Source: Candidatus Eiseniibacteriota bacterium (GTDB taxonomy: Bacteria > Eisenbacteria > RBG-16-71-46 > JABDJR01 > JAWXBZ01). From it: a stretch of 37,498 bases of DNA. The stretch's first letter is position 1; each line of letters starts with the position of its first letter. Of this stretch, positions 1-9,069 are shown piece by piece. The stretch lies in the NCBI GenBank assembly GCA_034440375.1, contig JAWXBZ010000196.1, forward strand, positions 1 through 37,498, read 5' to 3'. The position numbers and the translations under genes are program-made. The notes below the pieces were generated by a model, which had not been told where the DNA came from, made no database searches, and was given only the letters and a program-made list of their open reading frames with translations.

Positions 1-1
1 C

Positions 2-3000
2 GGTCACGAGGCAAGTGTCGGCGCGCGCGGGGTCCGAGTCCGCACTGGCGATCAGGCGAATCACGGCCGTCTGACCGGGGGTGGCCGCGGCGTAGGCTTC
101 GACGTTGACCGGCGGCAGTTGGAGCGACGTCGGGCCAGTGCCGCCGAGCCAGGCGGCGCCGATAACCGGGCCCCCCACGAGGACGATGTCCGGACCGGGT
201 CCGAGGTCGACGATCGACCAGCGAATCGAGTCGGCCTTGCTCCCCGTATTGGCGATTGCGAAGGCCAGGGGGACCGTGTCGGGAGAGACCAGGAGCGTGT
301 CCGATGGGCAGGTGACGCCGACGATCGGCGCCATGACCGACACGGAGACCAGGCACGAATCGACATCGGAAGGGAAGTCGGTCGGCCAGACCCTTGCCCG
401 GAGCGTGATCGTGCTGCCGTCCAGGGTATTTGCGGCGGCCACCACGGTCAGTGGAACAAGGAGCGTGTCGCCGGTGGCGACATCGGCCTCGATGACGACC
501 GGGGAGCCGACGAGCGAGAGGCCCGGACCGGGCCCCAGGTCGGTGACTTCGGTATGGAGCGTGTCACCTCCGGGGCCAACATTGACGACCCGCAAAATGA
601 ACACCAGCGTGTCGCCGGGGCAGAGTGAGGTATCAAAGGGGCAGATGACGCCCGCCCGGGCGAACATCCCCGTGTTGACTTGAACGGTGAAGGGTGTGGC
701 CGCGCCCCAGTTGTTGGCCGAATCACGGCCGCGGATCCAGAACTTGTTGGGGCCGGGTGGAATCTCGCGCGTTGGTAGAACGGCCGACACGTTGACCGTG
801 GGAGAGGTGAAGACACCGGTCATGGCCGTTCCCGTGCCGGCCGTTGCGGCGGCGGCGCCGCGGCTCCATTCAGCCGCGGTCACGTTGAGGCCGCCGCGTG
901 CGGCATCGGTCAGGCGGCCGGTCAGCGTGGCTGACATGCCGGCCGTGATCGGGTTGGGCATAACGGCGGGACTCCCGACCACTACCAGCGGACCTTCGTT
1001 ATCCGCCGCCGGGCGCTGGAGAGAGAAATTGCCGTTCATGGTTCCGGTGCCGCGGAGCGAGGGGGAGCCGTTGTCGGTGATCCGGACTCGAACCCGCATG
1101 GTGGTGCGATTGGGGAGGGCGGAGACATCCCAGGTAAAGGGGGAAGCGCCGACGCCGTCCGCGATGAGGCTCCATGAATCACCCCCATCGGCGGAATATT
1201 CGAGCCGACGATTGGCCGTGGCCGCGCCGCTGATCACTTCGGTCCAGGCCACGTTGATCGAATTGGCGGTAACGATTCCGGCAACGGTTGGAAACGTGAC
1301 GTTGACTTCCGGCCGATCACGACCGATCAGCCAGATCAGCGTCTTGTTGAGGATGTCGGTGCGGGCGGCGTTGGGCGTTGCGAACGGCGGGTTGATGGCC
1401 GTGTACTCGAAGTACATGGTGGCCAACCGGGAGGGGAGACCGCCCCAGACAGCCGAATCGGGGCTGCCGTTGTTGGCCCCGTTGATCCAGCGGAAGCCGA
1501 TGTCGTCGGGTGAGGTTTCGTTGTTCCGCCAGACGTAATTCGACGTGCCGGTGCCGTTGAACACATCGATTTCGTCGCCGGCAAGCGCGGTGCCGAGTGG
1601 CGTGTATCCGACCCCGCCGGTGTAGGCGCCCGAGATCGGATCAGCCGCGTAGCCGATGTTGCTGCTCCAGGTGTTCGGATCGACCTGCCAGGTCGTGTGC
1701 AACACATCGCGCAGCCAGTCGCGCCGGGCCGTTGTGTAGACCGACGAGCTTGGGTCGCCAAACGACCAGGCGATGTCGTGCCCCACGGTGAGCAGGCGGC
1801 CGCCACCGTTCAGGTAGTTGCCGACGGCCGTCCGCTGCGCATCGCTGAATGGTGGATACTGGCTGAAACCCGGCTGCCAGATGACGGTCTTGTACGAGCG
1901 GAGCCCGCCGGTGAGATTGCCGAGCGGGGCATTGTCGGCCAGTGTGCCGGACCAGATGTCGAGCGACCAGCCGGCCGCGGCCGCCGCTTCCGTCCATGCC
2001 TCGAGCCGATCGAACGACGCTTCGTCGCCGATGACGAGCAGGATGTCGGCCGGCGGGTCGATCGTCACCTGAAAGTGGGCGCCACCGTTGTCATCGCGAA
2101 CCAGGTTGCCGTTCAACCCGACCGATTCCACATCATAGAAATAGGTGGCTCCGGTCATGAGTCCTGGAATGAGCATCTGGTGGGAAAGGACCGCCGTCGG
2201 ATCGCTCTGGCTGCCGAGCTCGAGTGCCGTGGTCAGGCCCCAGTAAACCGTGGAACTGGCGTTCTGGTTCGTGGCCCAGCTGATCAGGGCCGAGGAACTC
2301 CCGCGCGAATCGGCCGCGACCGCGGTGATCGTCGGCTGTTCGATTGCGACGAAGGCTCTGGCCGTCAGGGTGGCTACGGGACTGGCGTCGAGATAAGTGG
2401 CGGTGATCTGGTCGCCGTGCGAAACCCGAAGCGTGTCATCGGCGAGGTCGACGGACAGGGTCTGGAATCCATCGCGCGTACGGGGATCGAGATGACCGGC
2501 GCCATGCGGGGCGCCCGGACTCCACGGGGCCAGTCGGAGGGTGCCGGTGAAAACACCATTGCCACCGGTCAGCGTGACGTCTTCGCCGCCCGGTTCGGTC
2601 GGCGAGGAAACGTGGACCAAGAGCGGCGAGCTGGCGTTGGTGTCGATGACCTGTACTTCGACCTCGCTTGTCGAACCGTACTCGGCCCGATCCAGGTAGA
2701 GCGCGCCCGACCCGCCGTCGACGACCCCGGTCACGACGAGGCCGAACGGCTGGGGGCCGGCCGGAATGGCAAATGCGTCGATCCGCACGATCCAGGTGCC
2801 GGTGGCCGGATTCGAGATGAGGCAGGCCTCCTCGACGTTGCGGCTGTCGGCGCTTCCGCCGGTGATCGAGGCGCCGCTGCCGTAAACATTTCCCTTATAG
2901 GAAGTGGCCCCCCGCGACACCGTCAAATTCAAATCGTTGACCAGCTGGATGGCGGAGGCCGGCGAGGCCGGAAAGTCGGTCCAGCAGAGGGTTACTTCGA

Positions 3001-5209
3001 GGGGAGATGTGTTGGCGGTCACCTGGATCTCGTACTCGATGTAGTCACCAAAGGCGAGGCCGGGCTGATGGTCGATGGCGATCAGCCGTTTCGTGTCGCC
3101 GGGAAAGTAGAGGACGTTGTCGGCCATGACCCGGCCATAGCCGATATTGTTGTCAGGAGCCGTGAATCCGCTGACCCCGTTGTCGGCCGAATTGACCACC
3201 ATCGCCTTGAGGAGGGCGGCCGAGGGAACGATGGCATTGGCCGGCACCGGCGCACCGGACGGATACCATCCGTCTGCCAGGTACTGGCGGATGAGCACGG
3301 CTTCGCCGGTCTGGCTCGGGGAGGCCATGGAGGTGCCGGAAAGCGATTTGTAACCGCTTGCCGTGTTGCCATCAGCCGAAAATATCGACTGGCCCGGACT
3401 GCAGACGGTGGGCTTGCGGCGGTTGTCGTCGGTCGGTCCACGACTGGTTGAACTGTAGATATTTCCGGAACTGACGCCGTTCTGGGTGCCGCCGGCCGAG
3501 CAGATGCTCTTGGCCGAGGCCGGGCTGCCGACGGTGTTGGTCGCGCCCGAGTTGCCATTGGAGAAGAAGATCAGGAAGTCCTTGTGGGCCCACATGAACT
3601 GGTCCACCTGCATGCACGACACGTCGTAGGCGCCGCCGTTGTTGGAACCCCACGAATTGGTCGAGAGGCGCGGCGCTCCAGCCGCATTGCCGTCGTAGGC
3701 CTCCTGGTAGAGATCGTTCAGGTCGGGGAAGTGATCGATCGAATTGGCCAGGCTGGTTCCGGAGAGGTCGTGGAAATAGATCTTGGCACCCTTGGCCATG
3801 CCGTCCCGGAGGCTGACTCCGCCGACCGGGCCGTCGTTGCCGGCCACAGTGCCGTTGGTGTGCGTGCCGTGAAACGAGGCCCCGGAGTGGTCACCGAAGG
3901 TGACGCCCGCGTTGTCCGACCCGCGTTTGTAGGCAATGACCTTGCGATGCGTGGTGTAGTCGCCGAACGTGGTCACCGGTACGGCCGGGTCACGAAACTG
4001 ATCGTGCGCCATCGTGATGCCCGAGTCGGTGTTGTGAACGACCTGCCCCGTGCCATCGATCCCCTGGTCCCATATCTTGCGATTGGCATTCAGGTTGGTC
4101 TGCACGACCCACTGGGCGTTGTCGTTTTCCATTGTTGGCGTGATCCAGGGTTCGATCCAGTGGACGCCCGGAAGGCGCGCTGCCTCGAGAATGCGCGCCG
4201 CCGGCATGCGGATGCGGAGCAGACGGTTGATGCCATTGTCGGATTCGATTTCGATTGAGGCACCCAGCGTCTTCAGCCGATCGCGGTCCCGGCCGGCCGG
4301 CGCATCGGTGAAGAGCAGGACCGTCATCGGAATCGGCTCGACTGCCGCGGCGCTGGTGGTTCCCGCGAGGGCCCGAAGAGATGGAGCCACCCGATAGGCC
4401 GGGTGCCAATCTCCGGTCCACGTTACGCGGGCGAGACGCGACAGGGAAGCACGCGCATCGGGAAAGGCCCGGACCAGCCAGGCATCCCCGGGAAGCGGCG
4501 TGATTGGAACGGCGCCGGCGGCGAGCAAGGCGGACATATCTTCCCCGGTCGTCGGCCCGTTGAACTGAACGAGGAGCGACTGGCGTTCATCCGTTTCGGG
4601 GCGGAGGGCGTTTTTCTCGAGGGCGCTGAGCAAAGGTTCACCCTCCTTCGTGTCGAAATCGAATCCGGCGGCCAGCTCGATCCGTGAATCGTGCGCGCGG
4701 ACATCCGTTGTGGCCAGACGTCCCCGGCTCTCCCGGTGGATCAGGGGAGAGACGGAGGCACTGACCTGCCACGCCGGACGGACATCGACGCGCCGGACGG
4801 TGCTCGCCCGGAAGATCTGTCCGGATTCGTCCAGCGAGGCCACGGCCCAGAACCAGCCGGCCTCCCGGGGCGTCAGGCCGAGGTCGTCGGCATCGACGAT
4901 CGGCCCGGATACCGGGATGACTCGAATGGCGTCGCCGATCGGAAGCGCCGTCAGGCCATCGGTGCTGAACGGCAGAATGGAGACCATCAGGAAGTGGCGG
5001 GTCAGGTTCGGGGGCGGTGCGAAGGAAAACTGCAGCCCGGATTCGGGCACGACCTCCCCCTCGAGCGGGGCAACGAGCAAAGGACGCCGGTCAACACCCT
5101 GGCCTTTTCCATCGACCCGGGGGGCAAGGCTGAGCGCCAGGGCGAAAGCGGGAACGAGGAGCAGAAGGGGGCGGAACCGGCGGGTGGTGTTGGCAGAAGC
5201 CCGATGCAT
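2..5209 (-). CDS. Large secreted multidomain S8 (subtilisin, KP-43-like) serine protease; 3' end lies beyond the left window edge
   Basis: Own translation (no stop in window, so missing from the ORF track). ATG at 5209 after GGAGG; signal peptide MHRASANTTRRFRPLLLLVPAFALALSLA. Catalytic motifs in frame: VVHNTDSG (Asp), FHGTHTNGTVAG (His), SNGNSG (oxyanion Asn), SGTSMASP (Ser, 3329-3331). KP-43 hallmarks ISTNSWG, GPTDDNRRKPTV, PSAALLKAMVVN, NNIGYGR, VTLCWTD...LVNDLNLTV, followed by FN3-, alpha/beta- and Ig-like domains. Confidence 0.93.
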   Translation of the reverse strand, partial: MHRASANTTRRFRPLLLLVPAFALALSLAPRVDGKGQGVDRRPLLVAPLEGEVVPESGLQFSFAPPPNLTRHFLMVSILPFSTDGLTALPIGDAIRVIPVSGPIVDADDLGLTPREAGWFWAVASLDESGQIFRASTVRRVDVRPAWQVSASVSPLIHRESRGRLATTDVRAHDSRIELAAGFDFDTKEGEPLLSALEKNALRPETDERQSLLVQFNGPTTGEDMSALLAAGAVPITPLPGDAWLVRAFPDARASLSRLARVTWTGDWHPAYRVAPSLRALAGTTSAAAVEPIPMTVLLFTDAPAGRDRDRLKTLGASIEIESDNGINRLLRIRMPAARILEAARLPGVHWIEPWITPTMENDNAQWVVQTNLNANRKIWDQGIDGTGQVVHNTDSGITMAHDQFRDPAVPVTTFGDYTTHRKVIAYKRGSDNAGVTFGDHSGASFHGTHTNGTVAGNDGPVGGVSLRDGMAKGAKIYFHDLSGTSLANSIDHFPDLNDLYQEAYDGNAAGAPRLSTNSWGSNNGGAYDVSCMQVDQFMWAHKDFLIFFSNGNSGATNTVGSPASAKSICSAGGTQNGVSSGNIYSSTSRGPTDDNRRKPTVCSPGQSIFSADGNTASGYKSLSGTSMASPSQTGEAVLIRQYLADGWYPSGAPVPANAIVPSAALLKAMVVNSADNGVSGFTAPDNNIGYGRVMADNVLYFPGDTKRLIAIDHQPGLAFGDYIEYEIQVTANTSPLEVTLCWTDFPASPASAIQLVNDLNLTVSRGATSYKGNVYGSGASITGGSADSRNVEEACLISNPATGTWIVRIDAFAIPAGPQPFGLVVTGVVDGGSGALYLDRAEYGSTSEVEVQVIDTNASSPLLVHVSSPTEPGGEDVTLTGGNGVFTGTLRLAPWSPGAPHGAGHLDPRTRDGFQTLSVDLADDTLRVSHGDQITATYLDASPVATLTARAFVAIEQPTITAVAADSRGSSSALISWATNQNASSTVYWGLTTALELGSQSDPTAVLSHQMLIPGLMTGATYFYDVESVGLNGNLVRDDNGGAHFQVTIDPPADILLVIGDEASFDRLEAWTEAAAAAGWSLDIWSGTLADNAPLGNLTGGLRSYKTVIWQPGFSQYPPFSDAQRTAVGNYLNGGGRLLTVGHDIAWSFGDPSSSVYTTARRDWLRDVLHTTWQVDPNTWSSNIGYAADPISGAYTGGVGYTPLGTALAGDEIDVFNGTGTSNYVWRNNETSPDDIGFRWINGANNGSPDSAVWGGLPSRLATMYFEYTAINPPFATPNAARTDILNKTLIWLIGRDRPEVNVTFPTVAGIVTANSINVAWTEVISGAATANRRLEYSADGGDSWSLIADGVGASPFTWDVSALPNRTTMRVRVRITDNGSPSLRGTGTMNGNFSLQRPAADNEGPLVVVGSPAVMPNPITAGMSATLTGRLTDAARGGLNVTAAEWSRGAAAATAGTGTAMTGVFTSPTVNVSAVLPTREIPPGPNKFWIRGRDSANNWGAATPFTVQVNTGMFARAGVICPFDTSLCPGDTLVFILRVVNVGPGGDTLHTEVTDLGPGPGLSLVGSPVVIEADVATGDTLLVPLTVVAAANTLDGSTITLRARVWPTDFPSDVDSCLVSVSVMAPIVGVTCPSDTLLVSPDTVPLAFAIANTGSKADSIRWSIVDLGPGPDIVLVGGPVIGAAWLGGTGPTSLQLPPVNVEAYAAATPGQTAVIRLIASADSDPARADTCLVT

Positions 5210-5269
5210 GAATCCTCCGTCGGAGCGGATGCGAGGGGTGAGCAAGGAGAATCTCGGTAAAGCCCTGTA

Positions 5270-5275
5270 ATTCTA
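5270..5275 (-). promoter_or_regulatory. Putative -10 box (TAGAAT) for the S8 protease gene
   Basis: TAGAAT on the minus strand in an AT-rich patch ~60 nt upstream of the ATG at 5209; no convincing -35. Confidence 0.4.
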
Positions 5276-5316
5276 ATGGAATAGGCCGTTCGGATCGAGC
5301 AGGAAATTCGGGGCCA

Positions 5317-6375
5317 TCAGGCCGGAGCGGTTGATCCGGGGCGGCGTCGGCCCTGCCAGGCATGCAGGACCAGCGCGAGCGTAATGACGGCGTAGGCCAC
5401 GAAGACGCGGAAGTACTCGCCGATCTGGGCGTCACCGGCCAGGGCCTTGCCGGCGAGGGGCGACACCACGAACAGGGTGTGGAAGAGAATCGTTCCGATG
5501 AGGGCCTGGGCGACGGTGGCCTTCTTGACCGTGGCGCCGGAAACCAGAAGCGCGGCGATGGCGAACATGCCGACCTGTTCGTGGGAGTTGTAGGTGTTCA
5601 TGGTCCCCATGTTCTGCAGAAAGAGCAGCTGGCCCCAGGCGCCGAGAACCGTGGAGAGGATAGTGGCCGTAATCCGGTTACGGTCGACCGGAATGCCGGC
5701 GATGGCGGCCACATGGGCGTCCTGACCCATCGCCTTCAGCTCCTGCCCCAGTTTTGTTCGGAAGAAGGCGACGATCGCCAGGCAGAAAGCCAGAACCACC
5801 AGAATGGTGGCCACCGGTATCCGGACATTTCCGCCAAAGATGGGGAGCTTGACCGGCAGGAGGTCGTCCAACGCGTACTGGATCGGCGTCAGGTCAATCG
5901 TGTTTCGAAGGCCAAACCCCTGCGGCAGGATCATGGTCTCGTTGCGAAATGGAATGAGCGTGCCGGCCAGGAAGAGAAAGACAAACTGGTAGATGCCGTT
6001 GGCGAAGTAGCCGGCGATCAACCCGGTGATCATCTCGCGCCCCTTCGCCATGTTGAAGAGCCAGCCGACAAGCCAGCCGAACACGACGGCGATGGGGAGT
6101 GCGACAAGCGCCGCCAGCGCGAAACCGGGAAGTCCGCCGATGCCCCAGTGCACGATCAGGATGGCGGCGATCTGACCGGCCATGGCGCCGATGGTGATGC
6201 CGAAATTGAGTCCCAACCCGGCCAGGATCGGGATGATCAGTGCCAGGACGAGGAGCGAGTTCCGACCGAAACGGATCGACATCTCGGTGGCAAGGAAAAG
6301 CGGTTCGATCCGGGCCACCAGGATGCCGGCCAGGCAGAGGGTGAGGAAGAGAATCGGAACGGCGAATCGTTTCAC
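5317..6375 (-). CDS. ABC transporter permease (sugar/nucleoside CUT2-like, BPD_transp_2)
   Basis: 352 aa, very hydrophobic; GLGLNFG and RTKLGQELKAMGQDAHVAAIAGI motifs; 4-nt overlap with the upstream permease. Confidence 0.92.
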   Translation of the reverse strand: MKRFAVPILFLTLCLAGILVARIEPLFLATEMSIRFGRNSLLVLALIIPILAGLGLNFGITIGAMAGQIAAILIVHWGIGGLPGFALAALVALPIAVVFGWLVGWLFNMAKGREMITGLIAGYFANGIYQFVFLFLAGTLIPFRNETMILPQGFGLRNTIDLTPIQYALDDLLPVKLPIFGGNVRIPVATILVVLAFCLAIVAFFRTKLGQELKAMGQDAHVAAIAGIPVDRNRITATILSTVLGAWGQLLFLQNMGTMNTYNSHEQVGMFAIAALLVSGATVKKATVAQALIGTILFHTLFVVSPLAGKALAGDAQIGEYFRVFVAYAVITLALVLHAWQGRRRPGSTAPA

Positions 6376-7448
6376 GTGCGATCCCCGCGACGCGTGAGGG
6401 CGTAGAGAATCATGCCGTTCTGAATGACGAGACGGGCTGTTTCCGAAACATCACCCTGGATCACCTGGCTGGTGACCGGGAGGGCGATCGTCAGGATTGT
6501 CTGGAACAGGAACGTGCCGATGATCACGTTTCGGATACTGGCCCGCACGACGCTGGCCCCACCGATCAGGATGCATGCCACCGCCGGGAAGGCCATCATC
6601 AACGGGGCCTGGTAGAGCTGAACGAAGCCGTACGACTGGCTGAAGGCCACGATGCCGGCGGCACCGAGAACCGTGGTCAACATTGCGGCCTGGATGCGGG
6701 TCCGGGAGTCCTGAATGCCGCTGGCCCGGGCGAAGCGGGGATTGTCGCCGGCGGCGCTGATGGACAGGCCCGCCCGTGTGCGAAAGAAGATCCAGACCAG
6801 GAAGCAGATCAGGCCGAAGTAGAGGAGCGCACCGGTCGGGAGGACCAGGTCACCGATCCGGATCTGCAGGAACTTGTCGAGAATCTTCTCGAAGTTTTCA
6901 TTGAGCGTCAGGGTCGTGCGCAGTCCCTTGCCACCGATGGCCCACACCAGCCTGGGATTCCGGAACGGCGCCAGGAGCCAGAAGATCGACATGAGGCTGA
7001 CCATGGCGAAGCCGATGTAGGTACCGACCATCATTTCCTGGCCGCGGGTCCTGTTGAGGAGCCATCCGTAAACCCAGCCGATCGGCACGGCCAGCAGCGA
7101 GCCAAGAAAGGTGGCCATGGCAAACCCGGTCCAGCCGGCCACGCCGAAGTTGATCGTGATCACACAGCCGACGAGGCCGCACAGGATACCCAGCGGCAAA
7201 CCAAAATTGAGGCCGAGCCCCCCCTGGATGGCCGGAAGAAGGGCGAGAACCAGGATGCCGTTTCGCGCGATACGGTCGACGCTCTGGCTGATCAGGCTGG
7301 CCAGGTTCATGCCTGTTCCGGCGGCCACGCTGAAAAGAACCAGGAGAAAGGCCACGATGATCAGGCGGGGAACGCCCATTCCCCGGACCAGGTCGCCCCA
7401 CCGCGCGGCGATCATGCCGGGCGCCGGTTTCGGCCGGGTATCGCTCAC
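6372..7448 (-). CDS. ABC transporter permease (sugar/nucleoside CUT2-like, BPD_transp_2)
   Basis: 358 aa hydrophobic; GLGLNFG and RTRAGLSISAAGDNPRFARASGI; paralogous to the neighbouring permease. Confidence 0.92.
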   Translation of the reverse strand: MSDTRPKPAPGMIAARWGDLVRGMGVPRLIIVAFLLVLFSVAAGTGMNLASLISQSVDRIARNGILVLALLPAIQGGLGLNFGLPLGILCGLVGCVITINFGVAGWTGFAMATFLGSLLAVPIGWVYGWLLNRTRGQEMMVGTYIGFAMVSLMSIFWLLAPFRNPRLVWAIGGKGLRTTLTLNENFEKILDKFLQIRIGDLVLPTGALLYFGLICFLVWIFFRTRAGLSISAAGDNPRFARASGIQDSRTRIQAAMLTTVLGAAGIVAFSQSYGFVQLYQAPLMMAFPAVACILIGGASVVRASIRNVIIGTFLFQTILTIALPVTSQVIQGDVSETARLVIQNGMILYALTRRGDRT

Positions 7449-9031
7449 GACGGCATTTGCTCCCCGGCCATGGCCAGGCCGTAGTGGGCGTCAGGGGCAT
7501 CCGGATCCAGAATGGCGTGAACTTTTCCCCTGGTCACGATGGCGATTCGATCGCAGATGCCGCGCAGTTCGGCCAGTTCGGATGAGGTCACCAGCACCGT
7601 GACGCCCTGCTTTCGGTTGAGCGCAACGATCAGGTCGAGGACAAGCTTCTTGGCGCCAATGTCGATGCCGCGGGTCGGCTCGGAGACCAGGAGGATTTCC
7701 GGTTCGAGCGTCATGGCCCGCGCGACGCAGACTTTTTGCTGGTTGCCGCCGGAGAGTCGTCCCACCGACTGTGCCGGCCCGGTGGTTCGAACATCGAGGT
7801 CCCGGATCATCCGATTGGCGTGACCACGGACCACTTTCTGGTCCAGCAGGTGCACGCCGGGCAGGACCCGTCTCAGGAATCGACGCTGCACCCGAATCGA
7901 CGGGAGCACCATGTTCAACTCGATCGATTCCTCGGGCATGATGCCGACGCCGCGCCGATCCTCGGAGACGAAGGCCATCCGCTCGGCCAGCGAACCGGCC
8001 GGATCGTTGAGCTTCAGGGGCCGACCATTCACCATCACCGTTCCCCGGGCCGGTTGGATTCCCATGAGGCCGTTGGCCACGCCGACCTTGCCGTACCCGG
8101 CGAGGCCGCCCAGCCCAAGGATTTCCCCCCGCCGCACGGCCAGCGTCAGGTCGTGCACGGCCTCGCCTGGCATGTCGACCTCGAGATTCCGAATATCCAG
8201 CGCCAGGCTTGATTCCGGGCCGGGGCCGGGCCTTCGGTCGGCCAGGGTCATGTCGAGTTTTCGCCCGACCATGGCCTCGGCGATTCCTTCGAGCGTGGCA
8301 TTGCTGCGATCCATGCGGGCCACCACCTCGCCGTCGCGCAGAACGGTGATGCGCCCGGCCACGGCCATGACTTCGTGAAGGCGGTGCGTGATGAAGAGGA
8401 TCGCGATGCCGCGGGCGGAAAGGTCCTGCATGACCTGGAGCAGCCGATCGGCTTCCGACTCGGTCAGCACGGCCGTCGGCTCATCGAAGACAAGGAGCCG
8501 CAGGTTTTCCTTGTCGAGTTCGCGCGCAATTTCGACGAACTGCATGTGTCCGACCGGCAGCCCCTGGACGTGGGTCCAGGTATCGAGATCAAGCCCGACC
8601 TGGTCCAGCGCAGCCCGGGCATCACTGTCGATTTTCCTCCGGTCGAGCGTGGCCAGCTTCGGCGCGAATCGGGAGAGGAAGTTCGGGCGGAGCGGCTCAC
8701 GATTCAGCTTGATATTCTCGGCCACCGAGAAGCCGCCGATCAGCATGAACTCCTGGTGGACCATGCCGATGCCGGCCGTCATGGCTTCGGAGGGACCGGC
8801 GAAGCGAACCTCGCGGCCGTCAAGGCGGATTTCGCCGGAATAGCCGCCGGTGGAATGAATGACCGGCATTCCGAAGAGGATGTTCATGAGGGTGGACTTG
8901 CCGGCGCCGTTCTCGCCGACGAGCGCATGAATCTCGCCCGGGAGGACCTGGAGATCGACCCCCTTGACCACGCGGTTGCCGGCATACTCCTTGGCGATCC
9001 CGCGCAGTTCCAGGACGGGCGTGCCGCTCAT
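7445..9031 (-). CDS. Sugar-type ABC transporter ATP-binding protein (two fused NBDs)
   Basis: Walker A GENGAGKST, Walker B VFDEPT, ITH switch; second NBD with LSGGNQQK and EPTRGIDIGAK. Confidence 0.95.
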   Translation of the reverse strand: MSGTPVLELRGIAKEYAGNRVVKGVDLQVLPGEIHALVGENGAGKSTLMNILFGMPVIHSTGGYSGEIRLDGREVRFAGPSEAMTAGIGMVHQEFMLIGGFSVAENIKLNREPLRPNFLSRFAPKLATLDRRKIDSDARAALDQVGLDLDTWTHVQGLPVGHMQFVEIARELDKENLRLLVFDEPTAVLTESEADRLLQVMQDLSARGIAILFITHRLHEVMAVAGRITVLRDGEVVARMDRSNATLEGIAEAMVGRKLDMTLADRRPGPGPESSLALDIRNLEVDMPGEAVHDLTLAVRRGEILGLGGLAGYGKVGVANGLMGIQPARGTVMVNGRPLKLNDPAGSLAERMAFVSEDRRGVGIMPEESIELNMVLPSIRVQRRFLRRVLPGVHLLDQKVVRGHANRMIRDLDVRTTGPAQSVGRLSGGNQQKVCVARAMTLEPEILLVSEPTRGIDIGAKKLVLDLIVALNRKQGVTVLVTSSELAELRGICDRIAIVTRGKVHAILDPDAPDAHYGLAMAGEQMPS

Positions 9032-9069
9032 GCGAGAATCCGGGGCGTCATCGACAGCGCGGCCGTCGA

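Noticed and set aside
105-5270. Plus-strand ORFs (e.g. 1697-3451, 584 aa; 687-1538; 3584-4258)
   Set aside because: Antisense shadows of the minus-strand S8 protease; no motifs, typical of high-GC DNA.
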